DNA of 63,329 nucleotides, filler included, from Cercozoa sp. M6MM (taxonomy: Eukaryota > Protista > Endomyxa: Ascetosporea): NCBI GenBank assembly GCA_040357565.1. It is 7 parts of 7 records of this genome, joined end to end, with 100 filler letters (N's around TTAATTAATTAA, not from the genome) between each part and the next. Parts side by side here need not be neighbours in the genome. Positions count along the whole stretch, not along the records: positions 1 to 28,150 come from JBDODJ010000140.1; positions 28,251 to 44,657 come from JBDODJ010000287.1; 5 more parts are not named here. The stretch is one strand, 5' to 3'. Below the pieces are notes generated by a model. That model saw only the letters and a program-made list of their open reading frames with translations, was not told where the DNA came from and did no database searches. Positions 27,467 through 41,437 of the stretch are shown here, in pieces. The translations under genes were made by a program, and so were the position numbers. The first letter of the stretch is position 1. Every line of letters begins with the position of its first letter.

Positions 27467-28111
27467 ATGGAAGTGCACGACGATATTGTTGCCACCTACG
27501 AGGTAAACAAACTCAAACCATGTTGTTTATTTGTTTAATTTAATGTTTGGCTATAAAATACAATAATGTACAGCACCCAGTCCGTGGCACTGTTGCGACC
27601 GATCACTGGCTCAACAACGAACTGCTGACTTTTCAGGTGCTTACCCTTCTACTGTCTTTACTCTCTTTAGATCCCTCTTTACCATTCTACTTCCTTCTCC
27701 TCTTCTTCTTATTTACTCTTCCCTGTACCTTTGGGAAATACATGCAGTCGCGCAATGCATCGGTCGAGGCGAGTTTGCATGCTGCGCGTGAAGAGTGAGT
27801 TGCATCATTTGTGCCTTAACCCCCTCCCTTAACCCCCTTTACCCCTTACCCTCCTCTTCTTAAACTGGTTACTCTAACAGTGGTGACATTGTGATCGGTG
27901 GTGCCACGCTGCGCTTCATCACCAACGAGTATGCTTTACTCCCTTTAGCCTTTTCCTTTCCCCTCCCTGTGCTGTACCCCTTAGAGGTGTGGAGCGCGTG
28001 CACTTGCAGCAGCTGCCGCAGCTGCTGCACAGTCTGCGACGCCGAATCGACTTTGGCCAGGACAAGGAACTCCAGTCGGCTCGACTCGAACTACACCGTC
28101 TGCTGCATCGG
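27467..28111 (+). CDS. Hypothetical protein, 5' part (truncated at contig linker)
   Basis: Five exons splice in frame: MEVHDDIVATYE|HPVRGTVATDHWLNNELLTFQ|SRNASVEASLHAARE|DGDIVIGGATLRFITNE|GVERVHLQQLPQLLHSLRRRIDFGQDKELQSARLELHRLLHR. Confidence 0.7.
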
Positions 28112-28150
28112 GTAAGCTTAGAGTGGGGGGGGAAAGGAAAAGGCTAAAGG

Positions 28151-28250
28151 NNNNNNNNNNNNNNNNNNNNNNNNNNNNNNNNNNNNNNNNNNNNTTAATT
28201 AATTAANNNNNNNNNNNNNNNNNNNNNNNNNNNNNNNNNNNNNNNNNNNN
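28151..28250. other. Artificial contig linker N44-TTAATTAATTAA-N44
   Basis: Identical 100-nt spacer with stops in all six frames, also at 44658-44757, 46832-46931, 50521-50620, 53001-53100 and 61770-61869. Confidence 0.95.
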
Positions 28251-28265
28251 CCCCCCGGTGTGCAG

Positions 28266-28669
28266 CTGACAGCACTCCCGAGCCTGAAGAACAGCCGGAG
28301 CTAGAACAGTCTGAGTCGGAGATGTCTGAGCCGGAACAGCAACTTGAGCCGGAACAGCAACCTGAGCCGGAACAGCAACTTGAGCCAGAGCAGCAACTTG
28401 AGCCGGAACAACCTGAGTCGGAACAGCAGCCTGAGCCGGAAGCGGCATTGTCCGAAACGACAGTGAGTGCCGACGACACGGCGGCCGAGGAGGTCGCCAG
28501 CGGCAGCGACAACTCTGGCAGCGCCTTTGACTTTGTGTCCGCCTCGCCTACCTCCTCTTCTGACAGTTTGACTGGTGGTCCGACCGAAGACGATTTGACT
28601 GCTGATGGTCCGACCGGAGACGGTTTAAATGATGACGGGGACCTTTTCGGTGACATGGACCTGCACTAA
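28266..28669 (+). CDS. Terminal exon of an acidic protein with EPEQQ(L/P) repeats, ending DLFGDMDLH*
   Basis: Acceptor gtgcag, then an open frame containing an 18-bp coding tandem repeat (about 28327-28440). May or may not belong to the gene upstream of the linker. Confidence 0.6.
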
Positions 28670-28898
28670 TTGGCTGTCACGCACTGTAACTTGTTTCACA
28701 CTAACCTAAGGTCGTTCCCTAACATCCTTGATCGTCTCAAAGAGCGGAGTTCAAGGACCCAGTTCAGAAAATTAAGGCTGCGTGTTGTGGGAGCTGGGAT
28801 TTTGCAATCTTCTGGAGACGTCCAGTGTGCTTGTCTGGGGCGTTTCTCGGGTTTAATTTACTAGGACACGCACAGGCACACACTGAAGCGTGGGAAAA

Positions 28899-31514
28899 AT
28901 GTCGGACGTGCGCGACATGTTGGGCGGGGTTGCCCGTGCACCAGGATCTTCCACAGGTACGCTGCCCTGTGTCCGTTTGCGCAGTGTCACACGTGTCTGA
29001 CAGGTCGTAGGGCGGCACAGCTGCGCGGTTCGGTGCGCGTACCGGTTCCATCCGCGCGGAAGGCGCGATCGGCAGCAGGAGCGAAGCGCCAAGGCGCGCG
29101 CAAGGCGACGCCGTGGCACTGGCGGCCAATTCGATCGTCCGCGCGGACGGCGCCTCTGACGGTTCATCACTGGGTCGATGTCGAGGACGAGGACTACCAG
29201 GTAGCACATCTTCTGTCCCAACTCACCTCCTTACCCCCCTTACCTTCTTACCCCCTTACCCCTCTTACCCCCTGGGCAGTACGCTAAGTTCAACAAGTCG
29301 GTGCGAGTGCTGCAAGTGCCGCCAGAGTTGGTAAACATGTGTGCCAAGGTCAGTGGGTTACTGAGAGATCAGTGGGTCCGCGTGGACACGTGTGACTGGA
29401 CACTGTGACTAGACACGTGTGACTTAACACGTGTGCTGTGTTGGTAGTACAACCTGGTGGCGGATCGCACCTGGTCGCACGAACACACAAATCTCCTACT
29501 GTCGCTGGCACAGGTTGGAACTTGCCCCCCCCCCCCGCCTTTACTTTTACCCCTTTACCCTCTACCCCTTTACCTCCTACCCATACCCTATCCTCGTACC
29601 TTCTACCCGATCCTTCTACAGAGGTTTGACTTGAGGTGGCCGGTGGTTCGCGAGCATTTCAATGCTGAGGTATACCTCTTTTTNNNNNNNNNNNNNNNNN
29701 NNNNNNNNNNNNNNNNNNNNNNNNNNNNNNNNNNNNNNNNNNNNNNNNNNNNNNNNNNNNNNNNNNNNNNNNNNNNNNNNNNNGTGACCAGGTATCTGTC
29801 CATGTGTATCTGTCCTTTGTGCCTGTACAGTGCCTGTCTATTTGTACCTGTTCATGTATATCCGTACATGTGTACCTGTCCAGTTATCTTGTACATATGT
29901 ACTCTGTCCACATGTCCTGTCTATGTGTACAGTTGCGACGCGGCATTGCGGCCACCGAGGCGAAAAAACACGCGGCGCGACAAGCGGCTGCCAAGGTTCT
30001 CTCAACTCTGTTTCGATCACTGATCGATCAGATGGTCACCCAGTGAGCATGTAGTCATTTTATGATCACCTGGCGATCATGTGGTCATTCAGCGATCATA
30101 TGGTCCTCACACTTGTGTGCACAGTGTCCGCGCACACGCACAACGGAGGAACTGCAGGCGCGTTTCTACGCCGTGCAGAAGGCCATGCTGCTGGTACGGT
30201 TTGCACCCTCGCGTGGTCGCCCACGTGGTCACTCTGTGGCCCACGTGCCAACTGAGTGGCGTGCCAACTGACCGACCCACTGACTAGCTGACTGGTGTGC
30301 ATGTGTGTGTGTGCAGCACCGTGCCAAACAGACCGGCGTCGAATGCGACGATCCAATCGCCAAGTTCGACTTTGACCTGGTCCGTTTGGACGCCGAGTCT
30401 GTCCCGTGTCCATCTGGACGGTCCGACTTGTCCCTCGTGTGTGAACAGGAGTCGGAACGACGTCGTCGCAACGAGATGCGCAAACTGCTGCAGCGTGACA
30501 TGGGTACATTCTCTTTCTCTCTCGCTCCGTGTGCCGTCCAACGGACCCTTGTGCTGTTTGGACTGTACAAACATACCGTACTGTACAACTGTACTGTACA
30601 ACTGTATTGTACAAGCGTACTGTACAAATGTACCGACGGGCAGGCACGGAGCGACAGATAGCCGAGCTGGTGAAACTCAACGCCGCCAATGAGGCGCTGC
30701 TCGAGGACGTCCGACGCCGCTTCTCAAACCGCCTGATGCAGATGTGCCTTCTTACACCCTCCTCGTCCCTACCCCATCTTTTTACCCTCCCTTTACCCTA
30801 CTCTCCCTGTACCCCCGACCGTGCAGGCGCCGAGGCGAGTACCGCAATCGGAGCGATGCCGAGCCAGAGGTATTGTACTGTCCATATGTATATGTGTACT
30901 GCCCATATGTGTACTGTCCATGTGTACTGTCCATGTGCACTGTCCATGTGTGCTGTCCATGTGTACTGTCCATATGTACCGTTGAGCATCGTAGCCACGT
31001 ATGCTGACCAGTGCTGTTGGTGTTCCCGGTGCAGTCGGCATGGGCATTGGTATCTTCGGCCTGCCCTTTAATTTGGTCCCACAGTCCCGTCCATATGGAC
31101 ATCTCGTACGTTTGGTACAAATGTAAAAATGTACAAATGTACAGGTCCGAACCTGTTCATGAGCGACGGCAATCTGCACGCCTTTTCGGACGACGACGCG
31201 GTGCGCAAGGAGCAGGTCAAGGCGGCGCGACAGTCGCACCGTCACATCGACAGTACCTCTCACTGACCCACGTGCTCACTGACCCACGTGCCCACTGACC
31301 CACGTGTTGATTGACCCACGTGCTGACTGAATCACTTGACACGTGCGTAGGCCTCCCAGTCACGCTGCGGCCGGCTAACATCTTCCAGGAACGTGATGAT
31401 GGTACTTTACCCCCCCCCCCCCCTACCCTCCCTTTACTCCCCTACTTTGGGTGTCTGCAGGTGTGCATTTGCGAAGTGCACAGTTCCATGCCAAGATGAA
31501 GGTTCTTGGAGTTT

Positions 31515-31552
<38 letters not shown>

Positions 31553-32471
31553 NNNNNNNNNNNNNNNNNNNNNNNNNNNNNNNNNNNNNNNNNNNNNNNN
31601 NNNNNNNNNNNNNNNNNNNNNNNNNNNNNNNNNNNNNNNNNNNNNNNNNNNNCCCCCGCAGATTCCGTCGAAGCTGAAGGACGAGCTGAACAAGTCGCTG
31701 GGCGAACTGGGCTTTGAGGACATGGCCTCCTTCGACAACAAACCGTCGGCGTGTCCGTTCGCGGTGCCTTCGGGCATCGTGATGAATCTCTTCGACGCGC
31801 TGCGACAGGACGTCGTGTGCCTCATCAACCTGCGCTCCAATGTGTATGACATTCTTACCCCCTCCCCCTAGTCCGTACATACCCCTCGTAGCTACCGCAC
31901 GGAAGACGCCGTCCTGCAAGCACAGAATGGTGTGTTAAACCCCCTTACCCCCTTATCCCTTGCCCCTTACCCCCTTACCCCTTACCCTGATATCTACCCG
32001 AAACAGGCCTGTTAAAGAACGGCGTGGCACAGTCGGAGATTCCAGGCTTTGCCGAGATGCAGCGTTTGCAGCAGGAGCGACTTAAGAAACGGCAGCAGAA
32101 ACACATGCACCGGCAGGTACATTGTCTGTGTATGTGTATGTTTGTATGTATCTATGTATGTGTAATGTAAGTATCTATGCATGTATGTGTGTATGCATGT
32201 ATGTGCTCTTGCAGCAGCAGCAAGCGCCGGTGCAGATGCCGATGCGTGTCGTTCCGACGCCAATGCAACAACAACACCACCACCAACAACAACAACAACA
32301 ACAGCAGCAGCAGCATCATCAACAACAACAGCAACAACAACAGCAACAACAGCAGGTATAATCTCTTTCTTACTCCGTGTGAGTGCACAGACCTCTGTGT
32401 GTTTGTTTCAACAGAGGTTCCCGTCGATGCCGCCGCACCCGGTGCATTTCCAATCGCCGCAGTCGCGTTAA
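28899..32471 (+). CDS. DMAP1: DNA methyltransferase 1-associated protein 1 / Swc4 (SWR1-NuA4 subunit)
   Basis: MSDVRDMLG N-terminus; WHWRPI..SART..LTVHHWV; YQ|YAKFNKSV; SANT domain WSHEHTNLLLSLAQRFDLRWPVV...RTTEELQARFY; FDFDLESERRRR; GVHLRS; FDALRQDVVCL; C-terminal polyQ; about 20 exons. Confidence 0.92.
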
Positions 32472-33072
32472 ATTCGCATCGGTTCGATTCGCTAACTCGA
32501 GTTTACTCTATCGTCTGTTCGACCGGCATATGCATGGAGCCCATTCGATTCGACTATGTATCGACATTTATACTAACCCGGCCCGGACTGGTGCAAGAAA
32601 ACTATAAGTTGGTTTCGGAAAAGACTCAACGAACTATCGACATTTCCGTTCTGTCCGGTCCTATCGTACATTTATTGTAAAATCTATCGTCGCGGATACG
32701 ATCTTTGCCCAATTTAATTTGCACGCATGGGTTTACATTGAGGCAGCGCGCTGATGTCTGTACTCTACACGGGCGTCAACACGTAGCACCCCGAATGCGG
32801 GGGTCAGTCAGTATAGATATGCGTACTGTCTGCCTGCCGTCCGGACAGCGTTGCAGAGCAGAGTGGAAAAGCACAGATCACACTGTTAAGTGGAATCAGT
32901 ATCGATCGTACAACTGTCTGTTTCACAGTCACATAGTTGTTGTTGTTGATACATACAGCGATAGCAGCCACGGTCGGCAGCCACGAGCCCTGTCTCTCCC
33001 CCTTTGCGGTGGCACAGACAAGGATTCAACATTGTTTGCTTTTCTTTCCATACTCCACACACAGACCGAGAC

Positions 33073-35197
<2,125 letters not shown>

Positions 35198-35407
35198 CAT
35201 AACGGCAGTGCAGAGGCCGGGCTCAACTGAAGCTTCCACCGTGCATCTGACATTTGAGCCTTCGCACATCGCGGTATTAACTGCTCGCATTGCGTTAAAG
35301 TTGTTGAACCCGCCGTGAGCGAACTAGTGGGAGAAAGTGTCTTCTGTTTCAGAATTTTGCGCTTGCTCAAACTAGCAAACCAAACCGCCCTCAAATCTTG
35401 CCGTGTC

Positions 35408-38400
35408 TTATATGTCGTGACACGCACTATCGCTCCGACTCTCCGATGAACCACACCGACTGTCAGATGGACTGCTCCGACTCTCCGACAAACCACACCG
35501 ACTGTCTGATGGACCGCTCCGACTCTCCGACAAACCACACCGACTGTCTGATGGACCGCTTTGACTCTCCGATGAAGCATACCGACTCTTCGAGTATGAG
35601 TCGGTGTTGATGACGAAAACCTGATCGGCTGAGAGCTCATCCAGACTATTTTCGTGAAAGTCTTGGGTAGATTCGACCAATTCAATCTCGCACACTTCGC
35701 TTTCGTTAGATATCGCCTGGCTTGTTGGGCCCTCACCAGCCTCGGATTGTCTCTTTCGAGCATTTGAGATCTCAGACAGCTGGACAAGACAGGAGGTCTA
35801 AATTTAGATGTCTTTTAGTACCCGTGTGAAAGATGGTGCCAAGTGTTACCGCTGTAGGAATCGTCCCGACGAAACGACTGAAAAATCGCGCCGTCGACAG
35901 GAGGCAAGATTGGGTAAAGATCAGGCAAACAACGATGGCAAGAGGAAATATAATCATGACGCAAATCTGCAAAAGAACATTTCGGTCTAGTTTAGGCACA
36001 GGAAGGCACATTTTTGGTACAGATCCGTGAATACCCGAGTTGCTATGGCGAGGCCGTAAGGCACACTGTGACTTTCTTTGCACACCTTTTCTTGCCGGAG
36101 TAAACAATTTAAATACGTTGTTTTCGCGTCGTCGTAACTATCAAACGCGACGGCAAGAGTCCTAAGGTGCTTCGAGCGTAGCTTTTGTCAACGCCAAAAC
36201 TCACAACATAGCACCTCTGTTCTTGCAGTTGTTTTGTTAAATTACCTTGAATGCACCAGGCCAATGACAAGGACGCAAGCAAAGACGGGAATGAAGAAAA
36301 AGGACCTCGCCACGGAATGAAAGGTCGTCCTGTGTCATTTCGTATGTCCAGCTTACGGTTGAATACCTCCATAATATAAACTTAGTGTTACCATTGCCGA
36401 GAGTCACGAGAAACATGCCACACCACCCATAGCACGCGAATTGCTGATGCAGCGCCTGCTGACAGGAGCACGATCTACTGCAAGAGACACACTTCTCTTT
36501 CCGTACACAGAAACACCAATCGGTTTCTTTCGATTCTAAATTTACGTCGTTAACTGTACCTGTGGCCAGAAGAGCAACGCATCTTGGAGCTCAAATCCAT
36601 GCTCGGTTGAGCTACGCCAAATAAGCAGATGGTACAACAATCAAAGGTGCTTGTGCCAAATGAAAGCTAATTCCTAAACTTACATTGAGCAGTACATGTC
36701 TCCAGGGTTCATTCTAATGTTATCTGTTCAGTTATTACGGTCCGGTAAATACGTAAAAATACACATTTTAGTACAGTTTGCAGCAAATACAAGTTTAGAA
36801 CCAACCAGTTGCGAGTACGATTGTTGGAATTATCAACGAATACATCCAGCAGCAAAGACGAATACGCATTTCGATTGCCGCCAGGCGTGGTTTTGTGTAC
36901 TCTTCCACGATTGACAGCATTAAAATCACGCACAGGCAGCACCAAAAAGAACTCTGGTCAGTACAAGTACAATCTTGAATAGTACGTAGTGCGTTTACTG
37001 TTGGAATAATGCGATTTAGTACCATCGCTAGCCAACCAAAGACGACCAAAAAGCCCTGAAAACCACATGCCGGATCCGATCCCGTGTTTACCTCCGCGAA
37101 CGAGGCGCAAGCTCCAGGTTGCAGAACCGACGCGAGTGCCAAAGCAATGCCCCCAACACCAAATGAAATAATGGTGCGCGACTTGACTTTCTTCATCTGG
37201 CACGCGATTCACGGAGTAACAACATTATGATTGACTCGAAACTGAGAAAATTCACCATCTGGCCGAAAAACAAAACCAACGACATCGAGAAAAAAGCCCG
37301 ATCCACCACGTTGAATATTGTCGAGGGTGGTTTGCTCTTCTTTGCTAAAGACCGGGATTGGACAAGGTGCCTCACAGAAGAAACCTTCGGATATGGTGTC
37401 CTTGGCACGCAAACCAAGCCTCTCGCAGAACACGCTTAATTGCCCAGAGGTATCTGAAACCTCAACCCCTTGACAAGAGTCGACGGTAGCGTTAATTATT
37501 GGCTACAGCAAAGGTGTACAGTGTATAGACTAAGACGCAAGGGAGTTCATCTGCTTGACACATCGTGAAGACTGAAAAGTAAAGATGTGAACATACGTCA
37601 TAGTACGACTGTTTCGCAGATTCAAAATCGTTGTGGAACGTTATGCCATTAACTTGTAGCTGCACGGTTCTGTTCAGGGGTGTCAGGACATCGACCCAAC
37701 TAAAGCACAGTGCACATACACCCTATGCAATTATACATACGCTCGGTTAAACTTATTGTAGTGGCATTGTGCTTATACCGGATTTACCCTAGTTGCGAGC
37801 ACGCGGTGCTGTATCCGAAGGACTCCATTCTGAGAGAAAGCATCAACGTTGAACACCAACACAGGAATACACAGGAATGGCAAACTTACATTCCGATGGC
37901 AGTAACGCAGGCATGTCGCATCTGCAGACATGCAGAAAAACACAGCTTCTTCCGAGTAATCTGTCAGCCGGAGCATGTTGCTTTTCTCTCCAGTGATTTG
38001 ATCAAATACGAAACTGCTAGAAAAGCCATGTAGTTTACTTTGTCATCGTGCTGCAAACACGTTGGATACACCAAAGTGCAAAGAAACGGCAGCCCTCTAA
38101 CCAAACACGTGACAGTTTAGAAACTCAACGGTAGGTCGAAAGTTCACGGTGGTTAATTAAATTTACATGCTCGGGCATTGGGCTCTGACACCTGAAGCAG
38201 ATGAGTCGTACAACTTCCACAGTAAATATACCTTTCGGGCAATAATGGGTGCGCACTGTATTTGTATACTTACCAGCGTACGTTAGGAGAAGCTCGACTG
38301 GAGAAGCACTTTTTATACTTTTGACAGTTTCAATATCAGACTGCTCACTACTGCTGTACCAATCGCGTCAGCAAAGAAGCGGCGGGTACTGATGCTTGCG

Positions 38401-38600
38401 ATCTCGGTGTCGGCATCAACGAGATTTGCCCAACTTGACGCGACAAACGGTAGACAAAGATCTGAAACCGTTCCTTCCGATTCAACGCATTCATACTGTC
38501 CTAAATTTACAGTTTTACCCAGAAATCTGGTGAATTAAAAGAACTTTCGTAGGATCCGCACCACCAAAAGGCAGTGGCATTATCTCGGGTGCTCCAAGTC
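35408..38600 (-). CDS. Frizzled/Smoothened-like 7TM receptor, apparently frameshifted just before or within TM1; 5' end approximate
   Basis: Pre-TM1 motif CEAPCPIPVFSKEEQ; TM3 ACGFQGFLVVFGWLAM|SSFWCCLCVILML; GDMYCS in ECL2; LLFWPQ|IVLLSAG (TM5); ARSFFFIPVFACVLVIG (TM6); IIFPLAIVVCLIF (TM7); Ser-rich repeat tail. Ectodomain exon phases not resolved. Confidence 0.65.
35433..35590 (-). repeat. 42-bp coding tandem repeat (14 aa, SESRSGPSDSRCGL-like, about 3.5 copies)
   Basis: Repeated ccgactctccgacaaaccacaccgactgtctgatggaccgct units on the + strand. Confidence 0.9.
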
Positions 38601-38773
38601 GTAGACGCTTCACCGATACACTAAAGCGTAGGGAAACGCTGACTGCTGAGACGTTGACACAACCCGGTCAGTTTATTAAACTTATTGTGTCCACGCGGAA
38701 GATGTTTTCAGTTCAGTTTGACATCCAGACTTTCTTTGAGAAGCATCGAGACTAGCAAAGTTTAAGAACACTA

Positions 38774-40006
38774 CTACTTTGGCTTCACAAGAGAGTAAAC
38801 CCATGCTGTCGCCAAAAAAACGGTCAGAAACACGCAACAATATGTCGCCAGTCGAGCGCGTTCATAGGCAGCTTTGTGGTCTGCCGCAACCTGTCCACAG
38901 ATACAAATACAATTGCATATAGTCGCAATCAGGCGAACTGCAGTCAGATGAAGCAAACCTCAATGTGCTCTTCTCCCTGAACGACGCGATCTCTTGTTAG
39001 TCGACAGTTCAGTTGTAAATCGTCCAGCTGTTCTTGTTGCTCGTTGATGAGTAGCCTCATGTCGGCGAACATGCTTCGCAGTTCCGACCTGGCCAGTTTA
39101 CAATTAAAAAGACAGACAGACCGAGTCCAAGGAAGTGCGTACATGGAGTCCTCCACTTGGAGGATGGCGAGATGTCGCGCTTCGACTCGTTTCGCTTGCG
39201 ACGTCATTTGAGGTGTGATGGCCTGAACTGCTGTAGTTTGGATTTTAAGCCAGTCTCTGCCTTTGCCATCGGCGTCAGTCACGATATCCTCGAGTTGTTT
39301 CTCCGTGAGGGAGGGACGCAGCGCTTTCAACTGGCGCTTGTGTCGCTCGCGCATACTGTTTTGTGCCTCACTGCTGTACTGAACGAACGCATCTCTCGCT
39401 GTGAGGAAGCGGCGTAGCTCGGCAGTCAGCAGATTGAGAGCTGCTCGCTCGGACACGCCGACTTCTTCCGCTGCACAAGCACAACACTTAGTGTATACCC
39501 AATATAAATTACATCGATACCTGTGAACTTACATACTGGCCTGGTTGTTGCGTCCTGGTGCAGTTCCATCACATGCTGGGCAGAAATGGAAGCCACGCAG
39601 ACTCGCTTGCTCGCATCTTGCAGGCGTTGGAGTGGTCCGTCGTTGCCGGTGTCGCCTCCCTGTTCCAATTCAATGATCAAGTTAAAATTCCTGCAATTTA
39701 TTTAAGGCAATGTACCTCAGAACCTTTGGTATCAACGAGGCCTTCGTCTTGTGCGAGCTGCGCAATAATGAAAGCTTCTCTCGCCGCCTGCTCCACCTGT
39801 GTGGCAGCAGCTGACATCGTGTCTGCCGCAGCTCTTAGTTGCTCGATATGCTCCTCTTCTTGCACACTAGAAAATTGAGCACTGTGCTCGGCGTTGGATC
39901 GAGAACTGGTGAGAGCTTCAACCCTGTCCCCGTCTCCTGCGATATCGATCACAACAGGCTCGTCGATTCGACTCGCAGTGCGCAAAGCATCCAATCTGCT
40001 CTGCAT
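38774..40006 (-). CDS. Plasma-membrane-type syntaxin (Qa-SNARE)
   Basis: N-peptide MQSRLDALR; RERHKRQLKALRPSLTEKQLEDIV; SNARE motif EARHLAILQVEDSM|SELRSMFADMRLLINEQQEQLDDLQLN; C-terminal TM YCCVFLTVFLATAWV. Confidence 0.9.
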
Positions 40007-41437
40007 TTGAAACGTGTCGCACCCGGGGAACCCGTTTCGGTGCCTGAGACACGCGGTAAATCCAAAACGACACAAGGCTGTGCTTTCATTTTTGTTGGAA
40101 GGCAAACTGAAAAAAGTCCGAACTGCCATGGAACTGGCATGCGCGACAGTACAGCTTAGTTCTAGAGCGCTTTTTCTCAACGCTAAAGTATCAGACGTTT
40201 TTGTGTCGAAATTGACGCTTTCAGTGCCTGATCGGAGAAAATCCCCCCGCTCAACCCGAGGCCAAAATGTTGTTTTGTGCGGTGCGACGCCATCGCCGTC
40301 GGCATCACCACCGTCTTGGCCACACAGGTGACCGCACGCTCCACGCGAACATCTCATGTGCACGTCAGCGCGGAAACACAGCGCTAACAGTAGATCCGCG
40401 CGACCAACGCAGCTCGCGTGTAGCGACACCGTAACTAACGGTATCGAGGTTCACATCTGCAGATGTCGGTGTCGCCTTCTTGTCGTCGTCGTCGTCGTCG
40501 TTGGTACTGTCTCCAGCTGCTTCTGCTTCGTTTCGACAGCAATGCGCTTTCTCACCTGAGAAAAGTTGTGTTTTGATCTTTCGGCGAGCGCAGCCGAGAT
40601 GCACTTGACAAAACTACCAGTAACAACATGACGATAAGTTCGAAGAAAACGTGAAGGGGTGCCTTTTTTGAGAGCGACGCCTCCTTCGTGCGACGAGTCG
40701 GCTTCGGTGTCCGTAGACATGGAAGTTTGCTTGCTCTCTTTGTTTTCGCAGAGCCGAAAGCTTCTACAAGCAGGAGTTACCGTAGAAAACCACTCTGCAA
40801 GGCTTGCAGCAGAAAAAAGCACTGAAGATCCGAGTATACAGCACACCACTTGCTTACACGCATCAGCGATACGACGCCGATGCGAAATCTTGTCGATAGA
40901 AGTGCAGCTGCACAAGGAGCCAACGAATAAACACATCTTTTCCAATAATCACTCACGGAATCTGGGGACAAGCTACCAAACAACGTGCACCGACCCATTG
41001 CGAGAAAACACTGGCATATCTACACGCGCCTCGGTCACGGGGAATAGAACACTCGCGCACACGCGTTTATCGTTTTGCAAACTGTGTACGCACCAGCAGG
41101 TATCAGCAAACAAACAAGCAACCGGGGATCAAAGAAACATGAAACAGAACTGCAGAAGGACTATGATACTTGAGTTCTCGCAGGAGATCCATTTGCGTTT
41201 TCTCCAACTTCCGCCACTTTGCCTAAAGGACACTTGCGTGCTGCTGCTTGTTTTCGTCGAAACAACGAGTCGTTTTCGCCTAGACGAATTGAAAGATGAA
41301 ACGACAGGTGAAACAAAAGACACCCTAGACGCAGTGGACGAAACGAAAGCCGTGGGGACGCAGCGAACGATACGACAAACGAAACGACAGACGCAACGAG
41401 CGAACAGGATGAACGTGAGATAACAGAAACAGCGGCT

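Noticed and set aside
28195-28206. Recurrent TTAATTAATTAA motif between N runs
   Set aside because: Identical 100-nt artificial joins with stops in six frames. Not biological, and gene order across them is unsupported.
40659-41423. Long ORFs in the track such as 254 aa (40659-41423 +), 315 aa (55381-56328 -) and 310 aa (47963-48895 -)
   Set aside because: They are antisense shadows, run through microsatellite introns (YIYI, CVCV, HTHT) or show no recognisable protein motifs.
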